A DNA stretch of 64,000 nt, taken from contig NC_057757.1 in the NCBI RefSeq assembly GCF_004010195.1, forward strand, positions 7,623,198 through 7,687,197, given 5' to 3'. The notes under the pieces were generated by a model. That model worked only from the letters and a program-made list of their open reading frames with translations. It had not been told where the DNA came from and did not search any database. Position numbers and translations under genes: made by a program. Of the stretch, positions 37,321 through 50,690 are shown in pieces. The stretch's first letter is position 1, and the number at the start of each line of letters is the position of its first letter. This DNA is from Chiloscyllium plagiosum (taxonomy: Eukaryota).

Positions 37321-39929
37321 AACACAGCTAAATCCTCTACATCAGTAATTGCCTGCAGAATTTTCACTTGATCAAAAAGACCAAGCGATATGGTTTCCCT
37401 TTTGCAAATAACTGATGTTTTGAAAATTGTTGTTAAGGTTTGGTCTATTCTCTGTTTGAATGATTGAAAAAATGTCCCTTATTTAGAAGACAGCGAATTC
37501 ATCAGATCAGAAAATCACTTGCCATGTTGATGGAACCTAACTGCAGCCACCGAATGAAGTAATGAAATCAACAACTGTTATCAGGGAGATGAACAGTGAA
37601 GGTCCTGACCAGTTACCCTATCCCTTCTCCCCAGCCCCAAAATCTGCACATTAATGGAATAATCCTTATCCCAGAATTCTAACAGAAGTAACTTCAGAAA
37701 CAGATTAATAATGGGAGGCAAGAACAAATATTGCAGAGCAATTGTAATGAGAGAATTTAATTGCCATATATCAACTCCGATAGAGTTGGTATAATTCGAA
37801 GAGGGCAACTATCACTGAATTCCCCACTGAGTTCCCCTGGTGATTTCCTTTGAAGTGAAACTGAACTGAATTCGCCACGTTAATACTATGGCTTTTGTAG
37901 CATCACATGGGAGTCCCTGGGTGGTGCAGCTTTTATTGCCCATCCCTAGTTACTCTTGAGAAAGGTGGGAGTGAGCTGCCTTCTTGATCCACTGAAGTCC
38001 ACGTGCTGTAGGTAGATGCACCCTGCCAAGGAGCAGGTCAGAGGCTGGGAATATTGCAGGAAGTAACTTCTGTCTCCCCAGAGTCTGTCTACCATGAACA
38101 AGCCACAAGTCAGGAGTGTGCTGACATACTCCCCATTTGCCTGGATGAGTGCAGCTCCAAAAACATAGTCGTAGAATCATTCAGCACTCATTGGTCCAAC
38201 TAGTCCACACTAGCTAGACATCCCAATCTGGCTTAATCCCATTTGGCAGCAATAGCCCTGTAAACCTTCCTATTCCTATACCCATCCAGATGCTTTTAAA
38301 TGTTGCAATTGTACCAGCCTCCACCACTTTGGCAGCTTACCCCATGCATGCCCCACCCTCTGTGTAATACTTACCCCCTTAGGTCCTTTCAAAATCTCTC
38401 CCCCCTCATCTTAAACCTATGCCCTCTAGCCTTGGACTTCCCAACCGCAAGAAAAGGGCTTCGGCTCTTCACCCTATCGATGACCCTCATTTTATAAATC
38501 TCTAAAATGTCTTTGATTCTCCACTCAGAAGCCTGATATGTTTGTGTTGAGGAGAGGCAATGGCATTGTGCTATTATCAGTGAATTGTTAATCCAGAGAC
38601 TGCTATTGCATCATCACGTGTTTGTCAGCTCTCAGTTCAGAACAGCATTCACTCTACCTTAAAGGTATAGTACAAGCCTTCAACTGCATAACAGCCTTCG
38701 ATCAGGGAGATTGGCGGTTCTGCTTTATGGTAGATGGAATAGAGGGGCGGAATGTTATTGTAACAGAGAGAGACTGCAGAAAGGTAATGTTCTGGGCTCA
38801 TGGGTTCAAACCCTACCACAGCAGATGGTGGAATTTGAATTCAGTGAAATAAAAAACATCATGAAGTAAGAATTGAATGATGACCATGAAGCCATTGGTG
38901 ATTATCGGAAAGGCCCATCTGCTTCACTAAGGTCCTTTCGGGAAAGAAGCTGCCATCCTAACCTGGTCTGGCCTAGATGTGACTCCAGGCCCACGTCAAT
39001 GTGGCTGAATCCCAGGTGCCCTCTGGGTAATTAGGGAGGGCCAATGAATGCTTGTCTGGCCAGAGACGTTCACATCCCCATCAATGAATCAAAACAAAGC
39101 TGTGCATGAGCATGATTCCAATCTGTGCTCAGGAATTGAATGAAAAGGGGGTGTGCCTGGTGTTATTTATTTATCTCATTGAAGTGGCCCTTGAGCTTGA
39201 AAAGACCGAGATTCTCCTTTGTTCCTGTGACCTGTGTTCTTGAAAAGGTATTGTGACTTTTTGACAAAGTGTACAATAAATAAAGGTAACCATCAACAAA
39301 TGGTCCTGGAATCAATTTTAGGAAAAGGCTATGATTGATTGGTGTGGTTGGGTTAACCAAACCATTACAGAAGTGTAGTCCAATAAGACTGAAACACCCT
39401 GTTTATAAGTAAACCCCCGTCTGACAAATCTATTTCATTGTAGTAGCTGAGAGGATCAGGAAACAGCCTACTCTTGCCCCCATTGTCTATCGGCCCATCG
39501 AGCCTGCTCAACCATTCAATATGATCATGATCAACCCTTTATCTCAATGACACGTTCCTGCTGTCTCCCTATACCTCATGACACCATTAGAACCTAGAAA
39601 TCGATCTATTCCTGTCTTACGTGTATTGAGTGAGTTAGTTCTACAGCTTTATATGGTGGAGAATTCCACAGGGTCAGCAGTCTGAGTGAAGACATTTATT
39701 CCCACCTCAGTTTGACATGATCTGCCATCGATATTGATGAAATGGAAATCATTTCCTGTCGGTTTTCTGACATCACCAACTGAGTCCCTTCACCTTCCAG
39801 ACGCTGAAATATTCCGTCACTCATATTTAAACAGATTATGAGGTGAGGTGAGCTTTTCTGGGTGTTTGGTTTAATTAACAAAAGGGTTCACTTCTGTGTC
39901 ATAAGAAGTCTCTTTCAGCTTTGCCTCAA

Positions 39930-40530
39930 ACATAGACCATGATAGGAGGAAGCCACTCAGCCCTTTGAGCCTGCTCTGCCTTTCAATGTGATCTTGCCTC
40001 AATGTCATGTTCCTGCTTTCTCCCCATACATTTTGATGCTGTTAAATCAAGTTTATGCATCTGTTCCTCAAATATACTCAGTGACCTGGCCTCTACCATC
40101 TTCTGTGGGAGAGAATTCCACTGGGTGACCAGCCTCTGAGTGAAGAAATGTTTCCTCATCTCAGTCCAAATTGGCCTATCCCATATCCTGAGACAATCAC
40201 CCCTCATCCTAGACTCCCTGACTGGGGGAAACATCTTGTCTTTCCAGCCCTGTTTGAAATTTATCCGTATCAGTCAGATCCCCTCTCATCCTTCTAAACC
40301 CAAGAGAATACAGGCCCAGTTGGACCAGCTTCCCCTCACAGGAGAATCCTGCCCTCCCTAGTATCAGCCTTTGCTGCACTCCTTCTATGACAAGGATAAC
40401 ATCTCTCAGGGAGGGAGAGCAAACACACACACAATACTCCAGGTGCTGTCTTACCAAAGTCCTGTATAACTGCAGTAAGACATCCCTCTGTCTTATGCTC
40501 ACGGTTACTTGAATTGTCGCGAACATCATT
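39930..40530 (-). mobile_element. CR1 3' fragment
   Basis: QLYRTLVRQHLEYCV; FFTQRLVTQWNSLPQ. Confidence 0.8.
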
Positions 40531-40716
40531 CGGACTATTTATTATCGGATTGGGAAAGGGATTAATGTAGGAGGGGATAGAGGGCAGGAGGGAAAGGTGT
40601 TGAGCAGAGTCAAATAAGCAGGGGAAGGTTGGTTATTGTTTCCAGAGATGTGGGGAGGCGATGGCCTAGTGATACTATTGATAGAGTATTAATCCCGAGA
40701 TGCTGGGAGTACTGAT

Positions 40717-40804
40717 TGTAACGAGGTCAGTCAGGTTTTACTCATAGAATATGAGTTCCCTGATTGGGTCTGTTTCCCTGGGCTGACAGATATAAGCAGA
40801 AACA
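40717..40804 (+). mobile_element. Probable LTR fragment, interrupted by Tx1 insertions
   Basis: TGTAAC start, ATTGG, TATAA; flank resumes after the TSD at 41910. Confidence 0.45.
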
Positions 40805-41899
40805 CACCAACACCCTGGAGTTGTTCAGGGAGAGATGGGCGCCGCAGGGAGTGGAGTGCAGAGTTGGACCGTTCCGTATCACCTGTCCTTCATGGAGAAG
40901 TTTATGAAGAAAAACACCTTTGATCACAAGTCCATCAGGAAGTGGTCAGCACGTAGTGTCCTTGAGACCCTTCGGGAAAAGGAGAGGGCGGATCCTATCG
41001 AGCGGTTCCCTGAGCAGACTATCAAAGCCATTTGGCAGAATGCCTCATCGCCAGAACTTTCCAACAAGCACCAAGACATGGCTTGGCTGGTGGTGAGAAG
41101 GGCTCTGCCTGTGAGATCCTTTATGCATGCCCTGGACTCTCAGCCGCACCGCACACTGCCCTCGAAGCAGCTGCAAGGGGGACAAGACTGTCACACACCT
41201 CCTTCTGGAACGTGCCTACACAGAGGAAGTCGAGAGGAATGCAGTGGTGTTTGTCGAGGTTCGACCCCAACTGTGTGTTGCAGACTGGCACATTCCAAGG
41301 TCCAGAACTACATGTTGAGGGACGCGCTGAAGCTTGGGGCAGCTGTCGCCAAGGTGCGGTGGGGAAAGACCACCGTGTAACGTCTGCCTGCCTAAAGAAG
41401 AACAGGGGGCCCGCACAGTCATTTGGGCTCTGCTGACGCCTCAACTAAAAATGTAATCGTACAGACCTGTAAATAGGAATGATTACTCTGTTTCGGTATG
41501 CAAAGAAATGGAATGTTTATATATGTATGGCATGTCCAACTGTACAGACCATCAAATTATTTTATGAATAAGGTATATTTTTGAAATAAAAAAAGAGTGC
41601 ATTATTTCCCCCTCCAAATCTATTTTGATTTAATCCCTGTCCTCTCACTGTTTGACCACGCAGCATTGCCCTTTGATGTGAAGGGCACTGCTTGTCACTG
41701 GCCACTTGGGTGTTTCCTTTCTTCCTGGTGGTGGAAATTTGAATAATGATTTGTGCACCTCGTGTCCTTCACTGTGTCTCACACCTGCACACACACACCA
41801 TGGGTGCTGGGGAAAAAATAAGCACTACCGCAGTTAGGCGGTAGTGTGGGGGTGAAAAAGAAAACAGAAAGAAGGAAAAAAACAGAAAGAAAAAAAAAC
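40805..41899 (+). mobile_element. Tx1/L1-like LINE A, 3' end (interrupted by element B)
   Basis: TNTLELFRERWAPQGVEC|IISPSKSILI* rejoined across the insertion; A-rich tail; TSD agcagaaaca at 40795-40804 and 41900-41909. Confidence 0.75.
40861..41594 (+). mobile_element. Tx1-like LINE B, 3' end (zf-RVT region)
   Basis: AIWQNASSPELSNKHQDMAWLVVRRALPV, CPRSSC..TVTHLLLE, RWGKTTV*; AATAAA plus poly(A); TSD gagtgca. Confidence 0.85.
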
Positions 41900-41922
41900 A
41901 GCAGAAACATCCAGTTCATTCT

Positions 41923-42422
41923 NNNNNNNNNNNNNNNNNNNNNNNNNNNNNNNNNNNNNNNNNNNNNNNNNNNNNNNNNNNNNNNNNNNNNNNNNNNNNN
42001 NNNNNNNNNNNNNNNNNNNNNNNNNNNNNNNNNNNNNNNNNNNNNNNNNNNNNNNNNNNNNNNNNNNNNNNNNNNNNNNNNNNNNNNNNNNNNNNNNNNN
42101 NNNNNNNNNNNNNNNNNNNNNNNNNNNNNNNNNNNNNNNNNNNNNNNNNNNNNNNNNNNNNNNNNNNNNNNNNNNNNNNNNNNNNNNNNNNNNNNNNNNN
42201 NNNNNNNNNNNNNNNNNNNNNNNNNNNNNNNNNNNNNNNNNNNNNNNNNNNNNNNNNNNNNNNNNNNNNNNNNNNNNNNNNNNNNNNNNNNNNNNNNNNN
42301 NNNNNNNNNNNNNNNNNNNNNNNNNNNNNNNNNNNNNNNNNNNNNNNNNNNNNNNNNNNNNNNNNNNNNNNNNNNNNNNNNNNNNNNNNNNNNNNNNNNN
42401 NNNNNNNNNNNNNNNNNNNNNN
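41923..42422. other. Assembly gap (500 N)
   Basis: N run. Confidence 1.
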
Positions 42423-43140
42423 TCCAACCCTGTTGATTTCTATAACCTCCTCCAGAACAGCACTCCACATCTCTGTGGAACTGATGGAAATGCTGCAAAC
42501 CTGCCTTCACAGTCCTCATTAACTCTCTGAACTCCTGCAGACCTACAACCCTCAGTATCTCTGGCTCCTCAAACCCTTACACTTCTCCCTGGCTGTGTGT
42601 ACTGATCCAGTCCCTTCAAACCTGCCTAGCTCACTCACTCCTGCAGCTCCAACTCTTGCCCATGTCAGTGTAATTGCCAGCGCCAACAATCTTCCCTTTC
42701 TCTATAAACTTCTGCAACTCCAACTACCACCCCAATCTGTGTAATCTCCAGTTCCTCCAATGCTCCCTTTCTCTATAGGTTCCTGTAGCTCCAAATACCA
42801 CCCCAGCTGTGTAATCTCCAGGGCCAAAACCCTCCCTTTCTCTTAAACCTTCTGTAGCTCCAACTCCCACCCATTCCTGTGTAATCTCCAGTCGCGACAA
42901 CCTCCCCCTCTCTATATCTCCTGGAGCGCCAACAACCACCCCATCTGTTTAATCTCTAGTCCTTATATTCCTCGCGATCTCTGTAACGCCTTCAGGACTG
43001 ATAACCCTGTATCTCTCCTTGACATCTTTCAGCCCGACAACCTTTCTGATCTCTAACCACCAACAGTGATCTCAAACCACCCGAACTCTGTAACATCCTC
43101 CAGTCACTACAACCCAGCTTTTCTCTGTTAGTCTCTCTGG
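42423..43140 (+). repeat. Degenerate C/T-rich satellite (ctctgtaacctcctccag-type unit)
   Basis: Recurrent atctctgtaac/ctcctccag/cctacaac motifs. Confidence 0.7.
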
Positions 43141-44390
43141 TGTCTGTATTCCCCTTTATCTCTCGTTACAGTTCCTTGCTCAGGGAAACAATGTCTCAGT
43201 ACCGAATCTGTAAGAACACAAAATTCTTTGTTGTATCAATAAATTTGCCTTATTTTCTAAAATTTAACGACTGCAAGTTCAACCTTCTCCACCTCTTCTC
43301 ATTAATATCCTTCCATGTTGAAGATCAGCCTGGTGAACTTTCTCTCTGCTGCCTCCAATGCAAGGACATTTTCCCTCCAGATAGGGGACCAAACCTGTTC
43401 ACAGTGTTCTCAGTATGAGCTGATTGGAGTCCTCTATAGTTGTTACAAGCCTTCTCTATTTTAATTCTCCATTCCCTTTGGAATCAATGCCAGCTTTCCA
43501 TTTGCCTTCTCTATGTCCTGCTGACCCTGTATGCCACTTTTCTGAGATTTATGCACAACGGCCACTTTTCTGAGATTTATGCACAACGATTCCCACGTTA
43601 CTCTGTGATGTAGCTTTCTGCAGTTCATCTGAAACCAAGAGGTGACAATAGTAATCAGGAAGGTGCTGGAATGTATGGTAAACAATATGCCATAAATTAT
43701 AACTGCACAGTTAGAGACCTATGGAAAAGGCGCAGTCCATAAGACAATCATGTACAAGAGCAGAATTAGGCCATTCGGTCCATCGGGTCTATTCCACTAT
43801 TCGATTATGGCTGAATTGTTTCTCAAGCTCATTCTCTCACTTACTCCATGTAACCCTTGATCTCCTTACTTATCAAGAACCTAGCTATCTCGGAGTTAGA
43901 TACACTGAGTCACCTTGCTACCACAGCCCCATGAGGCAGTGAGTTCCACTGATCCATCATCCTCTGGCTGAATACATTCCTCCACTTCTCTATTACAATG
44001 TGAGGTCCCTTCATTATGAAGCTGTGCCCTTGGCCCCTAGTCTCTCCTCTCGTGGAAACATCTTCTCCCCATCCACTCCATCCAGACCCCTCAGTATTCT
44101 GTCAGTCTGAATGAGATTCTGCGCGTGGCTCGAAACTTCATCAAGTTCAGACACAGAGACTTCACCTGCTCCTTATATGGCACGAATTTCATCCATGGGA
44201 TCTTTCTTGGAAACCCATTCCTCATACGCCTTCACATCCTTTGTCCAGACTCTGAATGAATAACGTGTAGGGTGTAGTCCCAACACTGACCCCTGCGGCG
44301 CTCCTCTCATCATCAGTTCCCATTGTGAAAAGACCCCTTTGTTCACACTCTCTGCCTTGTGGCAATCAGACAAATCCTCTATCTATGCAC
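43140..44390 (-). mobile_element. Degraded CR1 fragments
   Basis: GAPQGSVLG; CR1 3' UTR-like sequence. Confidence 0.7.
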
Positions 44391-44619
44391 AGCATGTTGT
44401 TGTGACAGGGAAATTTCATTTCACACACACCGCTGGATTTATTTTTCTGTCTGGCTGTAAACAGCAGGGTATCACCATTACTTTCCCATCTGAAATTCAC
44501 TGGAGAAGGTGGTGGTGTGCTGCCTACCTGAGCCCCTGCACCAACGGTTGGAACTGATGTTATCTGTGTACCCTCCAGCAGGTGCTACAGCACAATCTCA
44601 CGTCTATAACTGCACACAG

Positions 44620-45370
44620 AGAATGCAGCTCTCCCTTTTATATCTGACATCCTCCCCGACTTATAGTTCCTCACAATATCTTACCTCCTCCATACCCCTC
44701 TGTGCTAGGGATCTCTAAAATTTCTTTATTCTTGTTTAGACTTCTGATCACCTGAAATCTCTCCCTTTAAAAATTTGTAACCCCTTCAGCTTCTGTAACT
44801 CTCCATATAACTGCAATCAATGACAGCAGAGGTTTCCTTCCTAAATCTCTGTAATTGCAATGTTTGTATGTATTAAATAGGCACTTTTCATCCTCCGTAT
44901 CCATCTCAGGACTTCCAGACCCTACAATCCGACTATTTGGAATGCTCCCATTCTCTGCACCTCCTCATGTCCTGGGGGTCCTTGAACACCACCAGTGCTC
45001 CAAAAGTTTATATTCCCCCCAGTTACTGCAAGTCTTCTAACTCTGCAACATCCCATAGTCTCCAGTACCATACAACACTTGCTGGCTGTCAATTTGCATT
45101 TGTTGAAGTCTACACATCTCTGTCAGCAGCTCAAAAAAAGCCCTTTAGTCTCTACAAAGCTCCATCATGAACATGCCACAATCTCTCCATTTCCTTTGCC
45201 TTCTTCAGTGCCTGCAACTCTCGCTGTATCTTCCAGTAAACGTCTTTATTTGCTACAGGTCTGCCTAGCTCCCCAGATAACCTATTCCATCCCATACAGC
45301 TCGCTCAATCACTGTAACACCATCTGCTCTGTCTAATCCTCCTCTTTTCCACTGTCTTCCAGGCACAACG
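44620..45370 (+). repeat. Highly degenerate continuation of the C/T-rich satellite
   Basis: ctgtaac and tccag motifs with strong C/T skew. Confidence 0.5.
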
Positions 45371-45702
45371 ACGATCCTATAAGAGAGTAGTGGGGAATGG
45401 GATGTTATAAATCTCACTGAGGCTTGAGGCCGACCATTGCCTGGGAGTCACAAAAGGGAGAGAAGCTGAGAGAGAGAGGCACAGGTCGGGAGAATATAAA
45501 TCAGCAGCAAGGACCGAGGCCGACTGGGACTTGGAGTTGGAGAAGCAGCGGAGCAGGAGGCTGAAAATCAGCACGGAGTTACATAGGAAGTGAAATTTGA
45601 GGGAGCAACTTGGAGCTGGTGTTTGAGACTCACTCACACCGGGGACTGACAGATGCAGTAAAGTGAGAGGATAGAAATCAGCACTGAGGTTCGGGGCCTA
45701 GT

Positions 45703-46412
45703 CATACCTGGGTGTCACAGAGATAGTGACCCTGTGATGGAGCAGAGTGGTCTGGGAGCTGAAGGATTGCACGTACCTGGGAGTCACAGAGACGGTGACC
45801 CTGTGAGGGAACAGGGTGGAGTGGGAGCTGGAGAATTACACGTACCTGTGAGTCACAGAGACGCTGACCCTGTGAGGGAGCAGAGTGGAGTGGGAGCTGG
45901 AGGATTACATGTACCTGCAAGTCACAGAGACACTGACCCTGTGAGGGAGCAGAGTGGAGTGGGAGCTGGAGGATTACACGTACCTGGGAGTGACAGAGAC
46001 GGTGACCCTGTTAGGGAGCAGAGTGGAGTAGGAGATGGAGGTTTACAGGTATCTGGGAGTCACAGATACGGTGACCCTGTGAGGGAGCAGAGTGGAGTGG
46101 GAGCTGAGGATTACACGTACCTGGGAGTCACAGAGACGGTGACCCTGTGAGGGAGCAGAGTGGAGTGGGAGCTGGAGGATTACACGTACCTGGGAGTCAC
46201 AGAGACGGTGACCCCTGTGAGGGAGCAGACTGGAGTGGGAGCTGGAGGATTACACGTACCTGGGAGTCAGAGAGACGCTGAACCTGTGAGGGAGCAGAGT
46301 GGAGTGGGAGCTGGAGGATTATATGTACCTGGAAGTCACAGAGATGGTGACCCTGTGAGGAAGCAGAGCGGAGTGGGAGCTGGAGGATTACACATACCTG
46401 GGAGTCACAGAG
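45703..46412 (+). repeat. Minisatellite, 69 bp x about 10
   Basis: Unit tacacgtacctgggagtcacagagacggtgaccctgtgagggagcagagtggagtgggagctggaggat. Confidence 0.95.
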
Positions 46413-47137
46413 ATAACTTTCTGCTGCTGGGACCTGCCTGCACTGAGTTTGATAGAAGTGGCAGAGCCATCGCAGAAAAGGGTTTAAGTTCTTTGGCTGA
46501 TAAATACACTGTTATTAGCGACTGTCAGTTAATTGTTGTAAGTCAGCAAAGTTATTTTTGCAACTTCTGAAATAAGGCTTGAACACAGAAATAAGAGGGA
46601 GAAGTGAATTTCTGAGCCAATATAATAAATTTCTCTCAGTAAGTCACAGTTGAAAAAGGGACTTAACCATATTGTTATTTCCCGGATGTTAACTTCATTC
46701 TAAGTAATTAATTAAGTTACTCTAAACATGTTGCATTTTAAGACATGGCAAGACATGTTTGTCAGATGGAAAATGTGTTCTGTCACATTCGGAATTCATA
46801 GCCCCTGCTCGTGTCCTTGATGAACACTGGGACCTGGAGCTCAGACAGTGACTAGAGACTCTATGGGGCATCTGTGATGCTGAGAGTTAGGGGGATAGCA
46901 CACAGATCACCCTGCAGAAATGACGGCCTGGAATAAGTAAGGGAATGGGAGATTAGGCAATCGAAGAGAAACAGTCAGGGAATACAAGAATATCCTGGTG
47001 TCTCCCTCTCAATTCAGTTTCCAAGTTTGGAAGCTGATGAAGATGCTGTCTGCTCAGGGGAGAGCAGTCAGAGCCAAATTTGTGGCACTATATGCAGCCT
47101 GACTGTACAGGAAGGGAGGGAGAAGGAAGGAGGAGCA

Positions 47138-47489
47138 ATTACATTACATTACATTTAGATTACATTACATTACAGTGTGGAAACAGGCCCTTCGGCCCAA
47201 CAAGTCCACACCGACCCGCTGAAGCGCAACCCACCCATACCCCTACATTTACCCCTTACCTAACACTGTGGGCAATTTAGCATGGCCAATTCACCTGACC
47301 TGCACATCTTTGGACTGTGGGAGGAAACCGGAGCACCCGGAGGAAACCCACGCAGACACGGGGAGAATGTACAAACTCCACACAGTCAGTCGACTGAGGC
47401 GGGAATTGCACCCGGGTCTCCGGCGCTGTGAGGCAGCCGTGCTAACCACTGTGCCACCGTGCCGCCCACATGCCACCGTGCCGCCCACA
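47138..47489 (-). mobile_element. Young full-length HE1-type SINE with duplicated 5' end
   Basis: (ttaca)n tail; tgccaccgtgccgcccaca x2. Confidence 0.92.
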
Positions 47490-48300
47490 AATATTCAAAG
47501 GGGAGACAGGAAATTGAAGAAGATGCAAGCATGTCTATAATTCCAGGATAGTGGGGTTAAGAATGTCACTGTGTCTGCAGGACATTCGTCTGGGGGCCAG
47601 TGAGAAGTGAAAGGTCATGTCCATGTTGGTAGGAATGACCTGGGTAGAAAGGCTGAAGTGGTCTGTGAATCAGAATGTAGGGAGCTCGGTGGATGGTTAG
47701 CAAGTGGGACCTCAAATGTAACAATCCCTGGAATACTCCCCGTGCCGTGTCCAAGTGAGAACAGAACTCGGAATTTTAGGTAGATGAGAGTGTGACTGGA
47801 ACGATGGTGCTCCAGGAAGGGCTTCAGATTCCTGGGACATTGGGACTGGTTCTGGGGAAGGCAGCAACTGTACAAGCTGAATGGGCTAACAAGTGATCGA
47901 GCTGGGACTGGATTTCTTACGGGGTGTTTGGGAGGGATTGAAAATAACTTGGTGTGTGCTTAGGATCCAAAAAGGAATAGTAGAGGAGACTACCAGGATT
48001 CTCAAAATAATGGGAGATACAGTAGGTACTAATTTACAACAACAAGTTTATCAGTGGAAGATGGAGTAAGAAAGAAAGCCTTAATCTGAGGTACTCTGCA
48101 TGGACATGAATACTCGGAGTATGGGGAGTTCCAGATGTAGATTGGAGTGTGGAAATCTGATGTACTGATCACCGAGAGCTGGCTCAAGGAATGGTAGGCT
48201 GGGTGTTAAATATTGCTGGGTATAAGGGATCCTGAAATGATAGAAGGGAAGGGAAAGGATGAACGTAGAAGTATTGGTTTTGATTAGCGTTAGTTAAGGA

Positions 48301-48788
48301 GTTGTTGTGGTTCTGTTCGCCGAGCTGGGAATTTGTGTTGCATATCTTGTTATCAGAGGTACGATACTTTGTCACACTGTCTGTTGTGTCTCTTCTGTCA
48401 GTCCATTGTTCCTGAGTGTGCATTCTAGTGCTGCTAGAAAGTCTGCTGCCTTGGCGTCCCTGTGGTTGTAGTTGAGTCCCTTGGTCAGTATTGTCCTTTC
48501 CGTGTCTGTGAGCTGTCTGTGGGAGAGGTTTTTAACCCAGGTGTGTGTTGTGGTGTCCTCCTCGTTGTGTGTTAGTTTGGCCATTTTTTTTAGTGCCTTT
48601 TTTTTGCGGTGTGTGATCCTGTTCTATCCTATAGTGACGGCCTGTTCTATGGTCCGGGTACATTCCTGATTGGTGGTTTTTGAAATTAGCGATTTTTGGC
48701 GCGCAATTTCTTGTCTGCAACACAAATTCCCAGCTCGGCGAACAGAACCACAACAACGAGCCCCCGAGCTCCAAATCTTCTCCCAAAT
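48301..48788. mobile_element. Fold-back PLE remnant containing an N-terminal ORF piece
   Basis: Inverted ends; WVKNLSHRQLTDTERTILTKGLNYN; TSD gttagttaagga at 48289-48300 and 48789-48800. Confidence 0.88.
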
Positions 48789-49589
48789 GTTAGTTAAGGA
48801 GTCCTAGAGAAACAGAATTCGTCCAAGGACAGAATAAATTTGGCTGCAACTACAGAACAAAAAGTATACAATTACACTGTAAGGTACAGTCTGTCAGCAA
48901 GCAACCAAAGAAATGATGGAGAATAAATATGCAGGGTCACTTCAGAACGATGACAGTACTAAAGATTGGTTATACTAAGAAACTTAATGTATCCAGATGT
49001 AGACAGGGATACTGGTGTGCAGGGTCATGAGGGGCAAGTGTTCCTGGATTACATGGAGCAGAGCTCACTGCAGGAGTATGTGTCCAGCCGAAGAGAGCAT
49101 GTACTGTTGGACCTGGTCCCACGGAAAGACGGGGGGGCAAATGGATCCAGTGTCATTAGGGGAGCGTTTTGGGGTGTAGTGATCATTTTATTGCAAAGTT
49201 CATGATGATGGTAGAGAATCATATACAAAATTGAGAGTGAGAAAACATTAGTTGACTGAGTGCAGCCTTCAATAGGGCAAGAATAAAGCTGGGAACCTTT
49301 CAAAAAGGCAAATTAAATGGTAGCTTTAAATAGTGTGAACCAGGTCAGATGTTGCTCTCATCAAGGAGATGGGGCTGCAGTGTGACCACGACTGAGAACT
49401 GGATAATCAAAGTTTTTTTTCAATTTCTACAGGGAGGATAAATAGGAAAAAACAGTGAAGTAGCATTGTGTATAAAGGATGGGATCACTATTATTGATTT
49501 GCTAATCAATTTACACACTGCTCCTCCCTGCCCTCTCCCCTCATCCCTGCGTATTGATCATGTCAAACATTGGTAACCTTTGAAAACAA

Positions 49590-50690
49590 CAGAAAATAGC
49601 ACAGTACAGAGGAGATGACTCTGTCCACTGTCTGCATTGGACAAGATGTAACGTTGTTTTTTAAAGCCCTAGTTCTGTCTCCTCGGGTGCTGTAGGACTT
49701 CAGGTGCAGAACCCTGCAGCTTTTTTAAATGGTTTGAGAGTTTCTGCCTCTCGTCCGCTTCTATGCGTGCCTCCAAGATCCCGACCATACTCTGGGTAAA
49801 ATAATAGCTTTCCTCACCACTTCTCCAATATTTCATCCAATTAGATTAAATATTCACCGCTGGTAACTGAGCTCTGCAACAGGAACAAGGTGTTCTTTCC
49901 CTTTCTACCCAGGTCCCTGACAATATGTGCACTCCAATCAAATCTCCTCTCAGCATCATCCGTGCCTATCTTTCCTCTTAACTGCACTTCCACTGTCACA
50001 GGGTGAAAAATCTCCTCTGTACCCTCTCCACTCCAATTCCATCCTTCCATGTGATGGGGTGACCAGAACTATACACAATCCCCAAGCTGTGACTGAACTC
50101 ATTATTTATACAGTTCCGGCATAAGCTTCCTGCTCTGAAGAGTATTTTGTCTGATAGAGGAAATAATGCCATTTGCTCCATTAACGAGATTATTGGTGTT
50201 TCCAGCTACCTTCATTTATCTGCCCACACTGACCATACTCTCATTTATTGTACATTCCCCTCTATTGTTGATGCCCCCAAATGCCTTGCCTTGCACTTCT
50301 CTGGGTTGTTTGCTCTATTCACCTGGATCCTACAGTTACTGTTTTTAAACAGTCTGCCATCGGATCTCTCGTTAAATCCAAGTCAGTCACATGCAGTTAC
50401 AGGTCAGTGCCTCAAACCGACACAGTCAGATTAGTTACACACGATCTTCCTTGAACAAATCCAGACCGACTGTCCTGGAGTCCCAGAGACTTTCTCAGTG
50501 ACGGTTTATCCACTGTCTCAGAATTCCAGCCGCGACCTATTCAGTCATTCCCTTTCTCCACATTAAACAAAGCTGCGGTGTCAGCCATTCTCCAGTCCAC
50601 CGGCACCATCCCTGCATCCAGTGAGGATTGGATAATGTAGCTAACAATAAGGCAGGGGATTTTCCCCAGCTCATTTTAACAGTCTGGAAC
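49590..50690 (-). mobile_element. Degraded CR1 3'/RT fragment
   Basis: ERVQRRF and WRMAD-like remnants. Confidence 0.6.

Larger units (their letters stand above)
45420..49330 (+). mobile_element. Old CR1-like LINE 5' half (5'UTR with VNTR, ORF1 esterase, endonuclease) with nested SINE and PLE
   Basis: VHVGRND and GFRFLGHW esterase motifs; LLDLV and QEYVSS endonuclease remnants. Confidence 0.65.

Noticed and set aside
41595..41860. snRNA target (U1/U2) next to the Tx1 tail
   Set aside because: The flank is explained as the rest of Tx1-like element A, with no convincing snRNA match.
24936..48800. Two fold-back PLEs each have TSDs exactly 500 bp apart
   Set aside because: Their internal contents differ, so I treat it as coincidence.
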